Shown: positions 37,135 through 46,502, counted from the stretch's first letter. The stretch: 64,000 nt of DNA from Solirubrobacteraceae bacterium (GCA_036555665.1 DATBKW010000373.1:1898-65897), one strand, 5' to 3'. The notes: generated by a model not told the origin, from the letters alone. A program made the numbers and translations.

Positions 37135-38683
37135 TGCTCGCCAGCACGGCTCCGAGCACAACCGGGGCGCACGCCGCGATCGCGAGCGCCAGCGGCAGTC
37201 CGTTGGCCAGCGCGCGCGCCTGCGCGACGATGACCAGCGGCAGCGCTCCGAGCACGGCCGCCGCGGCCGGCCAGCGCACCAGCCACGCGATCACGGTGCC
37301 GCCACCGCCGGTCGGATCGCCGGCCGCGCCCGCGGCGAGCACGCTGATCGGCACGCGCCCGCCGCGGCGTGACGACAGCGCCGCGCACGCGACGACCGTC
37401 GGAACGACGAGGACCGCGAGGACCGCGAGCGCGCCGCCGTGCTCCGGCAGATCGCCGGCCGCCGCCACCCCCGCGGCCGCCAAGGCGACCGCGACGGCCA
37501 CGATCGCGATCGGCACGGCGAGATGCGCGAGCAGGATGCGGCCGAACGGGCGCCGCAGCAGGATCTGCGACGTGCTCGGATGGTCGACCTCCAGCCGCAG
37601 CGGCTCGAGCACGATGCCCGCGGCAACGTAGATCCCCAGGGCCGCGATCGGCTCCGCGGCCGGATGCGGCGCCGCGGCCACGGCCAGCGCGCCGGCGGCC
37701 ACTGCGAGCACGATGGCGCCGAGCGTCCGCGCCGGCGCGCGCAGGCTCGCGCACGCGTCGCGCCACGCGATGGCCAGCGCGGCGCGCCGCGGCGGTCGCA
37801 GCCGACCGCCGGCGCGCACACGGCCGGGTCCGCCCGCCCGCGCCAGCGCCAGCCGCGCCGTGCGCGCATCCCAGTTCCAGGCCGAAGCGCGTGCGCCCGC
37901 GTGCGCCTCGGCGCGCACGACATGGCGCTCGGTCGGGCACGTTCCGAAGCGCCGCGCCGCGCTCAGCAGCGCGAGCGCGGTGACGACCGCCAAGGTGATC
38001 AACGCGCCGCCCGCAGCCGCCGTCGAGCCCGCCTCCGGCTGCAGCGCCCAGCCCCACGGCCCCGACCACAGCACCGCCGTCTGCGCCCCGGACCGGGCGG
38101 CGACCACAAGGCCCGCGCCCACCACGACCGACAGCGGCAGCGCGACCGCCGCCGCGCGCGACGCGCGCGCCGAGCACTCCACGTGCCCGGCCAGCGCCAC
38201 CGCGAGCACGCCGACCAGCGCGAGCCCCAGCCCCAGCCCCACGACCTCGAACGCCTCGACGCCGCGCCCGCGTCCGCCGAGCCCGACCAGCGTCACCGCC
38301 GCGACGAGCGCTCCGCCACACGCGCCCCACGCCACGGCACGCGCCAGCGGCCGCGACGCCAGCGCGCGGCGCGACAGCGGCGCGCCGAGCAGGAAGCCGA
38401 CGTCGGGTTCGGCGAAGACGACCGGGCCCTGCCAGCTCCCCCAGCGCGCCACGACGGCCAGCGCGACCAGCACGATCGCCGGTCCCCACTCCGCGACCGT
38501 GTCCGGCGTGATCCACCGCGAGAGCGCGGCGCTCGCGGTCCCGTAGAGCAGCGCGCCGAGAATGGCCGTGGAGATCGCGACCGTGTAGAGGGTGTCCAGC
38601 CGCGCGCCGAGCGTCGGCCCCGGGCGCTTGACGTGCCACCACGCGCGCACGGTGGCGACCTGGGCGCTCACGCGATCTCCCAT
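37124..38683 (-). CDS. Large polytopic membrane protein (putative ABC-transporter permease partner; DUF6297-like from memory)
   Basis: About 515-519 aa, more than 10 hydrophobic helices. Alternative GTG at 38671 forms a GTGA overlap with the upstream ABC ATPase stop. Confidence 0.55.
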   Translation of the reverse strand: MGDRVSAQVATVRAWWHVKRPGPTLGARLDTLYTVAISTAILGALLYGTASAALSRWITPDTVAEWGPAIVLVALAVVARWGSWQGPVVFAEPDVGFLLGAPLSRRALASRPLARAVAWGACGGALVAAVTLVGLGGRGRGVEAFEVVGLGLGLALVGVLAVALAGHVECSARASRAAAVALPLSVVVGAGLVVAARSGAQTAVLWSGPWGWALQPEAGSTAAAGGALITLAVVTALALLSAARRFGTCPTERHVVRAEAHAGARASAWNWDARTARLALARAGGPGRVRAGGRLRPPRRAALAIAWRDACASLRAPARTLGAIVLAVAAGALAVAAAPHPAAEPIAALGIYVAAGIVLEPLRLEVDHPSTSQILLRRPFGRILLAHLAVPIAIVAVAVALAAAGVAAAGDLPEHGGALAVLAVLVVPTVVACAALSSRRGGRVPISVLAAGAAGDPTGGGGTVIAWLVRWPAAAAVLGALPLVIVAQARALANGLPLALAIAACAPVVLGAVLASTTR

Positions 38684-39384
38684 CCGGCAGCTGCGGCGCG
38701 CTCGGCCACCTCGCGATATCTGCCGGTATCCACCACCTCGCCCTCCGCGAGCAGCACCCCGCGGTCGGCCAGCCCGTCGGCGAAGCCGAGCTGGTGCGTG
38801 GTCAGCAGCACGGCACAGCCGGCCGCCTTGCGCTCGGCGAGGATCGCGTGCAGCAGCGCCTGCGACGGCGGGTCGAGGCCGACGACCGGCTCGTCGAGCA
38901 GCAGCAGCGCGGCCGGGCGGATGAGCGCGCAGGCGAGCTGCGTCTTCTGGCGCATGCCGCGCGACAGCTCGGCCGGGTGGAAGTCGGCGCGCGCGGCCAG
39001 CCCGAGGCGATCGAGTAGGTCATCGATGCGGCCGTCGCTCTCCGATCCGGCCAGGCCGTGGGCGACGGTCACGAGCTCGAGGTGCTCGCGGACCGTCAGG
39101 TCCTCGTAGAGCAGCGGGTTGTCGGGCACAAGCGCCAGGCGCTCGCGCGCGTGCTCGGCGTCGGGCTCGCGGTGCGGGTCGAAGCCCTCGATGCGCACCT
39201 GCCCCGCCGTCGGCTCGATCAGGCCGGCCAGCGTGCGCACCGCCGTCGACTTGCCGCTGCCGTTGGCGCCGACCAGCGCGACGCATTGCCCCGGCACGAT
39301 CGTCAGCGAGAAATCGCGCAACGCCGCGAGCCGGCCGTAGGAGTGGCCGACCTCCAGCGCCTCCAGCGGCGGCGGGTCGTTCAC
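38668..39384 (-). CDS. ABC transporter ATP-binding protein
   Basis: GTG at 39384 overlaps the helicase stop (GTGA). Walker A 'GANGSGKST', signature 'LSRGMRQK', Walker B 'LLLLDEP', H-loop 'LLTTHQ'. Confidence 0.8.
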   Translation of the reverse strand: MNDPPPLEALEVGHSYGRLAALRDFSLTIVPGQCVALVGANGSGKSTAVRTLAGLIEPTAGQVRIEGFDPHREPDAEHARERLALVPDNPLLYEDLTVREHLELVTVAHGLAGSESDGRIDDLLDRLGLAARADFHPAELSRGMRQKTQLACALIRPAALLLLDEPVVGLDPPSQALLHAILAERKAAGCAVLLTTHQLGFADGLADRGVLLAEGEVVDTGRYREVAERAAAAGWEIA

Positions 39385-42300
39385 CGCTCGGCCGCCGGAC
39401 AGGCGATGCGGTAGTCGCACACCGAGCACGCCGCATACGAGGGCGTCGGCTCGAAGCCCTGCCCGAGGATGCCGTCGGCGACCTCGAAGACCGTCTCGGT
39501 GATCCAGTCGCGATCGACGTCCTCGACGGGCAGCGGCACCTTCGTATCGTCGAGGACGTAGAGGTAGGCCTGGCGCGAGGAGTCAAGCCCCCAGGCCTCG
39601 CGCGCGCCGACGGCGTAGAGCGAGAGCTGCACGTCCTCGCGCAGCTGCGCGGGCGAGCGCGGGCGGCCCGTCTTGTAGTCGATCAGCTCGTAGTCGCCGT
39701 CTGGCAGGCGGTCGACGCGGTCCACGCGCCCGCGCAGCGTGTGGGCGCCCATCCGGAAGCTGAAGGCCTTCTCGAACCACAGCGGCTCGCACGGCTCCGA
39801 GCGGAAGCGATCGTGGTAGCGGCGCAGCGCCCCGTCGGCCTTGGAATGAAGCTGGCGCTCCTGGTCGGAGCCGCCGAAGCCCCCGCGCCGCCAGCCGGCC
39901 TCGAGCAGGCCGAGCAGCTCGTCGAGCGTCCGCCCGCCGCTCTGGTGATAGCGCTCGAGGACCTGGTGGACGAGGATCCCGAAGCGCTGGTTGAGCGTCG
40001 GCTCGCTCGGGATCCGGAAGACGCGCGCGAACTTGTACTTCAGCGGGCACGTCCGGTAGGTCTCGATGTCCGAGGCGCTGAGCAGCAGGCCGTCGCCGCG
40101 CGTGGGCAGGAACGGCTCGAGCGAGGGCTCCTCGCGCGCGGCCATCGCGGTGGCGCGCGCGTGCGCGTCGCGCTCGGCGTCGAGCAGCAGGTCGTCGAGC
40201 GAGCTGGTCTGCAGGATCTCGCGCTGCTGCGCGGTGGCGGCGCCGATCAGGGCGACGTTGATCCCGGGCAGCGCGTCGGCCACCGACTGGCCCTCGGGGC
40301 GGTTCATCAGCGCGGCAAGCTTGAGCAGCTCCAGGTAGCGGACGGCGCCGTGAGCGACGTCGAGGTCGGTGTCGAAACGCAGCTCGCCCAGCCGCGTGCC
40401 CGTGCGCGGGATCGAGCGAAGCAGCTCGTCGCGCAGCGTCGTGAAGGTCGCGTGCAGCGTCTCGTCGGGACCGAACAGCTCCTCGGCGTGCTCCTCCCAC
40501 GGCGCGTCGACGGCGGCGCGTACCTCCTCGAGGAAGGGCGAGGGGTGCTGCAGCGCGCCCGCGGACGAGCGCTCGGCGTAGGCGAGCACGAGCCCCTCGC
40601 CGGCGCGGGTGATCGCGACGTGCAGCAGGCGGCGCATGTCGGCAACATGCTCGGCGCGCGTGTCCGGCGCGAGCTCCTCGTGCAGCAGTTCGGCCGGGAT
40701 CGGCTCGGCCAACCGCCGGCGCGCGCCCGGCATCCGCGCCGACTGCAGGCCGAGCACGAACACGTGGCGGAACTCGCGGCCCTGCGCGGCGTGCATGGCC
40801 ATGACCGCCACGGCGCCGCTGCGGCCCTCCCCGACGCCCTCCTCGTCGTCGTGCAGCCCGGCCTCGGCGACGGCGCTGACGTAGCGGGCGAACTCGCGGC
40901 CCGTCGCCTGCGGCGAGCGGCGCACGTAGGCGGCGGCCAGCTCGCCGAAGCGCGCCAGCGAGACGAGGCGCTCGACGACGTCGGCCTGCGCGGCGAAGAG
41001 CTGCTGGCGGCGCAGGCCGAGGCGGTCGATCAGGCGGTGGACGAAGAGGTCCGGGCGCGAGGTGTCCAGGGCGCCGGCAGCGGAGCGGTGGAGCTTGAGG
41101 AAGCCGAGGATCCGCTCGCGCGCCTCCGGCGGGATCTGGGGCGACTCGGTGGCGGCCACCAGCGCCCCGACCATGTCGAGCTTGCGCCGCCGCGCGATCT
41201 GCACGCAGCGCGCGAGGTCGATCGAGCGCAGCTCGACCGGCGGGCGCGCGAGCGCGCGCACGACCGCGCCGGCGTCGCCGGGGTCGACGAGCAGCCGCAG
41301 CCACGCGAGCACGTCCTTGATCTCCGCGCGCTGGAAGAACGCCGTCGCGCCCGCCAGCGCGTAGGGCAGGGCGCGCTCCTCGAGGGCGACGGCGATCGTC
41401 TGGCCCTCGTTGCGCACCGAGCGCACCAGCACGCCGATCTCCTCGGGCGCCACGCCGCTTCGCACCAGCCGCTCGATCTCCGCCGCGACGCCCTGCGCCT
41501 GGGCACGCTCGTTGGCGCAGCGCCACACGCGGACCTGACGGGTGCCGGAGGCGGCCACGTGGCCGCCGGAGGCGGGTCCCGCCGGCCGGAGGCCGGGCGA
41601 TGTCTGGCCGGGGGGCGCGACCACGGGCTTCTCGACACGGTCCGCGATGGGCGCCACCACCGCCTCGGCCGCGGCGAGCACCGCCGACGGCGAGCGCAGC
41701 GAGCGCTGCAGGCGAACGGTCTGGGCCCCGGGCAGCTCGGCGGTCAGCGCGCGCAGGTTGCGCGGGGCGGCGCCGCGCCCGCGGCGGACCGCGCAGTCGT
41801 CGTCGCCCGCCGCGGTCAGCCCGCCGTGCTCGGCACCGAGCGCGACGACGAGCCGCAGCCCCGCGAGCTCGAGGTCCTGCGCGTCGTCGACGAGCACGTG
41901 GCGCCAGCGCGCGGCGGCGCGCGCGCGCACGTGTGGCTTGTCGCGCAGCAGCCTGATCGCCCCGAGAAGCAGGTCGCCGAAGTCAAGCGCGCCCTGCTCG
42001 CGCAGCATCCGGTCGTGCGCCGAGTAGACGCCGGCGAACTCGCGCTCGCGCTCGGCGCGCTCGTCGCCGTCCGGCAGTTCGGCCGCCCAGCGGTTGACCT
42101 CATCGGCGGTGATCATCGCGTCCTTGAGGCGGTCGATTCGCGCGATGACCGAGGCCAGCAGCGTCGCCGGGTTGCCCTGGAAGTCGTGCACGGCCAGCGT
42201 CAGCTCGTCGACTCGCTCGAGCAGCATCGCCAGGCGGTCGGCCGGCGCGACCGGCACCACGAACGGATCCAGGCCGGCCTCGAGCGCCTCGTCGCGCAGC

Positions 42301-42584
42301 AGGCGCGCGGCGAAGCCGTGGACGGTGTGCACCGCGAGCTCCTCGAAGCCGTGCTCGAGCTCGTCCTCCACGCCGGCGCGCAGGGCGTCGGCCGCGGCCT
42401 CGGAGGCGGTCAGCGTGAGCACCTGCTCGGGGGCCAGTCCGCCGGCCGTGGCCAGCCACGCGTGGCGGTGCAGCAGCGTGCGCGTCTTGCCCGTGCCGGC
42501 CGCGCCCACGACGACCAGCGGACCGCCGCGGTGCGCGACGATCTCGCGCTGCGCCGGTGTGAGGCCGTCGAGCGGATCGGGCAC
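39381..42584 (-). CDS. UvrD/AddB-like helicase-nuclease: SF1 motor with degenerate motifs + C-terminal PD-(D/E)XK nuclease with Cas4/AddB-type 4-Cys cluster
   Basis: 1067 aa, GTG start. Walker A 'GAAGTGKT', motif II 'VLVDDAQDL', motif III region 'AGDDDCAVRRGRGA'. Nuclease 'TYRTCPLKY...VDRVDRL...YELIDYKTG...CSVCDYRIACP'. Confidence 0.8.
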   Translation of the reverse strand: MPDPLDGLTPAQREIVAHRGGPLVVVGAAGTGKTRTLLHRHAWLATAGGLAPEQVLTLTASEAAADALRAGVEDELEHGFEELAVHTVHGFAARLLRDEALEAGLDPFVVPVAPADRLAMLLERVDELTLAVHDFQGNPATLLASVIARIDRLKDAMITADEVNRWAAELPDGDERAEREREFAGVYSAHDRMLREQGALDFGDLLLGAIRLLRDKPHVRARAAARWRHVLVDDAQDLELAGLRLVVALGAEHGGLTAAGDDDCAVRRGRGAAPRNLRALTAELPGAQTVRLQRSLRSPSAVLAAAEAVVAPIADRVEKPVVAPPGQTSPGLRPAGPASGGHVAASGTRQVRVWRCANERAQAQGVAAEIERLVRSGVAPEEIGVLVRSVRNEGQTIAVALEERALPYALAGATAFFQRAEIKDVLAWLRLLVDPGDAGAVVRALARPPVELRSIDLARCVQIARRRKLDMVGALVAATESPQIPPEARERILGFLKLHRSAAGALDTSRPDLFVHRLIDRLGLRRQQLFAAQADVVERLVSLARFGELAAAYVRRSPQATGREFARYVSAVAEAGLHDDEEGVGEGRSGAVAVMAMHAAQGREFRHVFVLGLQSARMPGARRRLAEPIPAELLHEELAPDTRAEHVADMRRLLHVAITRAGEGLVLAYAERSSAGALQHPSPFLEEVRAAVDAPWEEHAEELFGPDETLHATFTTLRDELLRSIPRTGTRLGELRFDTDLDVAHGAVRYLELLKLAALMNRPEGQSVADALPGINVALIGAATAQQREILQTSSLDDLLLDAERDAHARATAMAAREEPSLEPFLPTRGDGLLLSASDIETYRTCPLKYKFARVFRIPSEPTLNQRFGILVHQVLERYHQSGGRTLDELLGLLEAGWRRGGFGGSDQERQLHSKADGALRRYHDRFRSEPCEPLWFEKAFSFRMGAHTLRGRVDRVDRLPDGDYELIDYKTGRPRSPAQLREDVQLSLYAVGAREAWGLDSSRQAYLYVLDDTKVPLPVEDVDRDWITETVFEVADGILGQGFEPTPSYAACSVCDYRIACPAAER

Positions 42585-42595
42585 GCCCCTAGGAT

Positions 42596-43465
42596 ATGAG
42601 GCACATGGCGACCGCTCGCGACGCGACGGGTGAGCTGTTCTCGTTCGATTGGCTCGGTGCGTGCCGCAGCGCGGCGAAGGGCTTGCGTGGCGTCCTGCTC
42701 GAGAATCCGACGAGCCGCGAGCGGGTGATCGAGACCGGCGAGCGCGGCGAGGGCGGCGACCGCACGCTGGTCATCGACGCGCAGGCCGAGGATCGCGTCT
42801 TCGGCGAGCTCGACCGCCTCCACGACGACGGCGCGCGTTTCACCGCGCTCTCCGAGGAGCGCGGCTATGTCGACTACGGCGATCCGGGCGTGCTCGTCGT
42901 CATCGACCCGATCGACGGCTCGATGAACGCCAAGCGTGGCCTGACGCATCACGCGCTGTCGATCGCCGTGGCCGACGGGCCGACGATGGCCGACGTGCTC
43001 TTCGGCTACGTCTACGACCTCGGCCCGGGCGAGGAGTGGCGCGCGATGCGCGGTCTGGGCGCCTTTCTCAACGACCAGCCGCTGTCGGCGCCGCAGCCCG
43101 AGCGCCGGCGGTCCGACGGCAAGCTCGAGCTGGTGGCCATCGAGTCGGCCGATCCGCGTTGGCTGGCGGCCTCGAGCGACGCGCTCGTGCAGGTGACCGC
43201 GCGCGTGCGCGCGATCGGCTCGATTGCCGTGTCGCTGTGCCAGGTCGCGGCGACCCGCGTCGACGGGATGGCGACGTTGTGGAACTGCCGCGCGGTCGAT
43301 GCGGCCGCGGCCCAGCTCGTGGTGCGCGAGAGCGGCGGCCTGGTCGCCTTCACGGCGATGGACGAGCCGCTGGCCGCGCCGCTTGACCTCGAGCCGCGCT
43401 CGCCCGTCGTGGCCGCCCGAACCGACACGGCGCTGGCCCAGCTGGCCACGCTGCCCGCCGCGTGA
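42596..43465 (+). CDS. Inositol monophosphatase / FBPase-family phosphatase
   Basis: 289 aa. 'ALSEERG', 'VVIDPIDGSMNAKRG', 'WNCRAVDAAAAQLVVRESGG'. Confidence 0.75.
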   Translation: MRHMATARDATGELFSFDWLGACRSAAKGLRGVLLENPTSRERVIETGERGEGGDRTLVIDAQAEDRVFGELDRLHDDGARFTALSEERGYVDYGDPGVLVVIDPIDGSMNAKRGLTHHALSIAVADGPTMADVLFGYVYDLGPGEEWRAMRGLGAFLNDQPLSAPQPERRRSDGKLELVAIESADPRWLAASSDALVQVTARVRAIGSIAVSLCQVAATRVDGMATLWNCRAVDAAAAQLVVRESGGLVAFTAMDEPLAAPLDLEPRSPVVAARTDTALAQLATLPAA

Positions 43466-44502
43466 TGGTCGACTGGCGCCTGGCCGAGCGCGTGGCCGAT
43501 GCCGTCTCCGGTGGCGACGGCGCCGGCCCGCCGCTGGGCGATGGCGTCGACATCGCCGCGATGGCCCAGCGCGCGTGCGAGCGCGTCAGCCACTACGCGC
43601 GGCTGCAACCCGCGACGCCGCCGCCCGCCGCGGAGGCGATCGGCCGGCGCGAATGGTCGCGGGCCAACCTGGAGACGATGCGCGGAACGCTCGAGCCGCT
43701 CGTCGAGCGGCTGGGCAGCGGGCCGCTGCAGGCCGCCGGCGGCGTCCTGATCGGCGCCGAGGCGGGCGGCATCGTCGGCTTCATGGGCCGCTCGGTGCTC
43801 GGCCAGTACGAGCTCGCGCTGCTGGATCCGGAGCGCCCGGCGCGGCTTCTGCTCGTCGCGCCCAACCTGCGCGAGGCGGCCAAGACGTTCCAGGCCGACG
43901 AGGCCGAGCTGCTGGAGTGGGTGGTCTTCCACGAGATCACCCACGCGGTCCAGTTCACCGGCGTCAGCTGGCTGCGCGAGCACCTCGCCGGAATGCTGAG
44001 CGAGCTGCTGGAGTCGGTGAAGGTCCAGATCGACACCTCCGCTCTGCTGCGCCTGCCCAAGCTCCAGGACGTGCGCGCGGCGTGGGACGCGGTCCGCGAC
44101 GACGGCCTGGTGCACGCCGTGGCCGGCCCCGAGCGCAAGGCGATCATCGACCGGCTGCAGGCGGCGATGGCCCTGATCGAGGGCCACGCCGAGCACGTCA
44201 TGGACGCGGCCGGGGCCGACGTCCTGCCGTCGCTGCCCAAGCTGCGCGAGTCGCTCGAGCGCCGCCGGCGCGAGAAGCCGCCGCTGGTCAAGCTGATCGA
44301 GCGTCTGCTCGGCCTCGATCTCAAGCTGCGGCAGTACATCATCGGCAAGCGCTTTTGCGACGCGGTCGTGCGCGACTGGGGGATCGATGCCCTCAACCGC
44401 GCCTGGACCGCTGCGGACCTGCTTCCGGACCTCGTCGAGCTCGAGGATCCGGCCGCCTGGATCAGGCGAACGCAGGTTCGTGCTGTAACCCCGGGCTCGT
44501 AG
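43462..44502 (+). CDS. Zinc-dependent metalloprotease (DUF2342/TIGR03624-like)
   Basis: 346 aa. Start overlaps the upstream stop. HExxH in 'VVFHEITHAVQF'. 'MALIEGHAEHVMD' is typical of this family (from memory). Confidence 0.7.
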   Translation: MMVDWRLAERVADAVSGGDGAGPPLGDGVDIAAMAQRACERVSHYARLQPATPPPAAEAIGRREWSRANLETMRGTLEPLVERLGSGPLQAAGGVLIGAEAGGIVGFMGRSVLGQYELALLDPERPARLLLVAPNLREAAKTFQADEAELLEWVVFHEITHAVQFTGVSWLREHLAGMLSELLESVKVQIDTSALLRLPKLQDVRAAWDAVRDDGLVHAVAGPERKAIIDRLQAAMALIEGHAEHVMDAAGADVLPSLPKLRESLERRRREKPPLVKLIERLLGLDLKLRQYIIGKRFCDAVVRDWGIDALNRAWTAADLLPDLVELEDPAAWIRRTQVRAVTPGS

Positions 44503-44506
44503 AGGG

Positions 44507-44534
44507 TTACAAACATGTGTTCGCATGATAGACT
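44507..44534 (+). promoter_or_regulatory. Candidate sigma-70-type promoter in an AT-rich island
   Basis: TTACAA (44507-44512), 16-nt spacer, TAGACT (44529-44534). Sits upstream of the CDS at 44581, which is preceded by AGAGGA. Confidence 0.4.
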
Positions 44535-44545
44535 TCCTTGCGAAC
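44519..44545. promoter_or_regulatory. Inverted repeat spanning the putative -10 element (candidate operator)
   Basis: GTTCGCA-N13-TGCGAAC read directly. ACATGT palindrome immediately upstream. Confidence 0.35.
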
Positions 44546-44580
44546 AAGATTAGAACTAACTTCCTTAGTAGAGGATGACC

Positions 44581-45165
44581 ATGGCCGAGCAGAGCACCAC
44601 TGCCACCACCAAGCGGTCCACCACCGCCAAGAAGGCTGCCGCAACCCGCAGCCGCAATCAGGCCGCTGCTGCGCGCAAGCGCTCGACGGCCGCCAAGAAG
44701 GCCGCCGAGACCCGCCGCGAGCTGGCCAAGACCCCGGTCGATCGCGTGCAGGAGTACGCCGAGCGTGCCGTCCTGATCCCCGTGGGCGCCGCCCTCGTGG
44801 CTCGTGACAACGTCATCGCGACGGTCGACGAGCTGCGCACGAGCCTCGCCACGCGCGAGAAGGCCGAGAAGGAGCTGGCCGCTCGGCGCAAGCGCATCGA
44901 GTCCGACCTCAGGCGCTTCGAGCGCCGCGGCCGCACCGAGCGCAACCGCGTCGAGCGCCGGATCAAGAAGGCCCGCACGCGCGTCGAGCGCGAGCTGCGC
45001 CAGCGTCGCACGCGCGTCGAGCGCGAGATCCGCTCGACCCGCAAGGACTTCGACTCGCAGGCCGACCTGCTCGGCGCGCGCGTGGAGAACATCGTGCAGA
45101 CGGGGCTCACCCGCGGCACGGAGGTCGCGACGAAGATTCAGGAGCGCGTCGGCACCGTCGCCTAG
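44581..45165 (+). CDS. Highly basic Ala/Lys/Arg-rich coiled-coil protein (histone-like/HbhA-like character)
   Basis: ATG at 44581, 5 nt after AGAGGA (alternative ATG at 44575). N-terminal 'TTAKKAAATRSRNQAAAARKRSTAAKKAAETRRE'. Three 11-residue repeats 'R(N/T)RVER(R/E)(I/L)...'. A 21-nt DNA repeat at 44974-44994 and 45007-45027. Confidence 0.6.
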   Translation: MAEQSTTATTKRSTTAKKAAATRSRNQAAAARKRSTAAKKAAETRRELAKTPVDRVQEYAERAVLIPVGAALVARDNVIATVDELRTSLATREKAEKELAARRKRIESDLRRFERRGRTERNRVERRIKKARTRVERELRQRRTRVEREIRSTRKDFDSQADLLGARVENIVQTGLTRGTEVATKIQERVGTVA

Positions 45166-45258
45166 CACGACTTCCCGTCCCGGGCGCGGAGAGGGCCCGG
45201 CGACGAAGGACTGCCGGCTGCATATCCCCGCCGGCAGTGCAGTACCTCTCCTCCCTCA

Positions 45259-45292
45259 GGAACGGCCCGCCATCGCGCGGGCCGTTCCTTTT
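45259..45292 (+). terminator. Rho-independent terminator
   Basis: GGAACGGCCCGC-catcgc-GCGGGCCGTTCC (perfect 12 bp) followed by TTTT. A second hairpin ACTGCCGGC-N11-GCCGGCAGT lies at 45210-45238. Confidence 0.7.
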
Positions 45293-45350
45293 CGCCGGTG
45301 CGCGGCGCCGCGCGCCGGGACCGGGCGCGGGCCTCTGCTTGAATGAGGGC

Positions 45351-46490
45351 ATGCCCAGTCGCGACGAGATCCTCAAGGCGCTCGAGGCGGTCATCGATCC
45401 CGAGCTTCGCCGCTCGATCGTCGAGCTCGAGATGGTGCGATCCATCGACACCGCGGACGGCCTCGTGCGGGTCACGGTGTCGCTGACGACGCCGGGCTGC
45501 CCGATTCGCAGCCACTTCGAGACCGCGGTGCGCAAGGCCGTCGGCGAGCTGTCCGGCGTCCAGCGCGTCGAGGTCGCCTTCGACGTCCTCTCCGACCAGG
45601 AGAAGGCGGGGCTGCAGCAGAAGCTCGGCCGCCCCGGCGGGCTGCCCGAGGGCGCGCTGGCGCAGGTCAGCAACGTCGTTTGCATCGGTTCGGGCAAGGG
45701 CGGCGTCGGCAAATCGACGATCACCGCCAACATCGCCGCCGCCATGGCCGCCGAGGGCAAGCGGGTCGGCGTGCTCGATGCCGACGTGTGGGGCTACTCG
45801 ATCCCGCGCATGTTCGGCGTCTCCGGGCGCCCGCCGGTATCGCCCGAGCGCAAGATCGTCCCGCTCGAAGCCCACGGCGTGAAGGTGATGTCGATCGGCT
45901 TCTTCGTCGAGGAGGACAGTGCGGTCGTGTGGCGCGGGCCCATGCTCCACAAGGCGCTGACGCAGTTCCTCGAGGACGTCGACTGGGGCGCCTTGGACTT
46001 CCTGCTCGTCGACCTGCCGCCGGGCACCGGCGACGTCTCGATGACGCTCGCCCAGCTCCTGCCGCAGGCGAAGTTCCTCATCGTGACCACGCCGCAGCCG
46101 GTCGCCCAGAAGGTCGCGCGGCGCGCGGCCGAGATGGCGCACAAGGTCGATCTGGAGATCGGCGGGGTGGTCGAGAACATGGCTGCCTTCGTCACGCCCG
46201 GCGGCGACCGCTACACGCTGTTCGGCGAGGGCGGTGGCCAGGCGCTGGCCGACGAGCTCGACGTGCCGCTGCTCGGCAAGGTCCCCCTGACCATGCCGCT
46301 GCGCGAGCAGTCCGACGCCGGCGAGCCGCTGGTCTTCACCGATCCCGACGATCCGGCCGCCCAGGCGATCCGCCACGCGGCGCGCGGGCTGGTCGCGATG
46401 TTCCCGGTCGAGCTGCCGATCCTGCAGACGGCCGCGCCCGCGCAGGAGGCGCCGGCGCCGAAGGGGATGTCGCTGCCGATGGCGGGCTGA
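45351..46490 (+). CDS. Mrp/NBP35/ApbC-family Fe-S cluster carrier ATPase
   Basis: ATG at 45351 preceded by GAGGG. N-terminal DUF59-like 'IDPELRRSIVELEMV', deviant Walker A 'GSGKGGVGKST', 'LLVDLPPGTGD'. Confidence 0.85.
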   Translation: MPSRDEILKALEAVIDPELRRSIVELEMVRSIDTADGLVRVTVSLTTPGCPIRSHFETAVRKAVGELSGVQRVEVAFDVLSDQEKAGLQQKLGRPGGLPEGALAQVSNVVCIGSGKGGVGKSTITANIAAAMAAEGKRVGVLDADVWGYSIPRMFGVSGRPPVSPERKIVPLEAHGVKVMSIGFFVEEDSAVVWRGPMLHKALTQFLEDVDWGALDFLLVDLPPGTGDVSMTLAQLLPQAKFLIVTTPQPVAQKVARRAAEMAHKVDLEIGGVVENMAAFVTPGGDRYTLFGEGGGQALADELDVPLLGKVPLTMPLREQSDAGEPLVFTDPDDPAAQAIRHAARGLVAMFPVELPILQTAAPAQEAPAPKGMSLPMAG

Positions 46491-46502
46491 GCGGCCGCCG
46501 CT

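Noticed and set aside
39381-42584. Annotation as one half of an adjacent AdnA/AdnB or AddA/AddB pair
   Set aside because: Only one helicase-nuclease gene is present. The flanking genes are an IMPase and an ABC ATPase, so no heterodimer partner can be annotated from this window.
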